Positions 63,801 to 64,000 of a stretch of 64,000 bases of DNA are shown one piece after another. The position numbers and the translations under genes are program-made. The notes beneath the pieces were generated by a model that worked only from the letters and a program-made list of their open reading frames with translations, was not told the origin of the DNA and made no database searches. Numbering within the stretch: position 1 is the stretch's first letter; each line of letters starts with the position of its first letter. Origin of the DNA: Nitrosopumilaceae archaeon (GTDB lineage: Archaea > Thermoproteota > Nitrososphaeria > Nitrososphaerales > Nitrosopumilaceae); NCBI GenBank assembly GCA_965214835.1, contig CBDCCK010000002.1, forward strand, positions 2,080,001-2,144,000, given 5' to 3'.

Positions 63801-64000
63801 ATGAGTATGGCCCCGCAAGAACTAGAAAACAGCGCAAGCAAGTATGCGTCTGACGCAATAAGGTTTGACTCCCAAGGTGCGCGCGGCATGGCCATTACCA
63901 ACTATCAAAAGGCCATAGACACGCTAGTCAAGCTCATACAGCTGTATCCTGCCAGCAAGCTAAACCCGATTTACAAGGAGAGAACCGACTCTTATCACAA
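63801..64000 (+). CDS. cdvC: Vps4/CdvC AAA ATPase, N-terminal MIT domain (partial)
   Basis: ELE..A..YA.DAIRFD.QG....AI..YQKAI..L..L..LYP. Confidence 0.85.
   Translation, partial: MSMAPQELENSASKYASDAIRFDSQGARGMAITNYQKAIDTLVKLIQLYPASKLNPIYKERTDSYH

Overview
Chromosomal segment of an ammonia-oxidising archaeon (Nitrosopumilaceae-like; inferred from recognisable gene families such as uvrBAC, EF-1a/rps10/rpoP, endA, FBP aldolase/phosphatase, cdvC, DnaJ-ferredoxin and a CFI-box-CTERM remnant). Housekeeping blocks are interrupted by many IS elements, IS remnants and MITEs (IS5-type, ISL2-like, ISH3, IS3, IS630, IS481, IS6-like, IS66-like, IS903-like, IS110) and by pseudogenes, which suggests a host-associated lineage undergoing erosion. 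The strongest signal is a set of three related IS110-family elements (48807-50254, 55988-57439 and a transposase-less copy at 59577-59947). Their upstream non-coding ends contain a two-loop bridge-RNA-like structure whose loop sequences match each copy's own insertion site and circle junction, and change when the site changes. Two copies sit in the terminal repeat of an IS903-like element. Also notable is an IS-split secreted protein with four His/Glu-rich 79-aa repeats fused to a type-1 copper domain. No tRNA, rRNA or true CRISPR array was seen. All family assignments come from motif recognition by eye, not from database searches.
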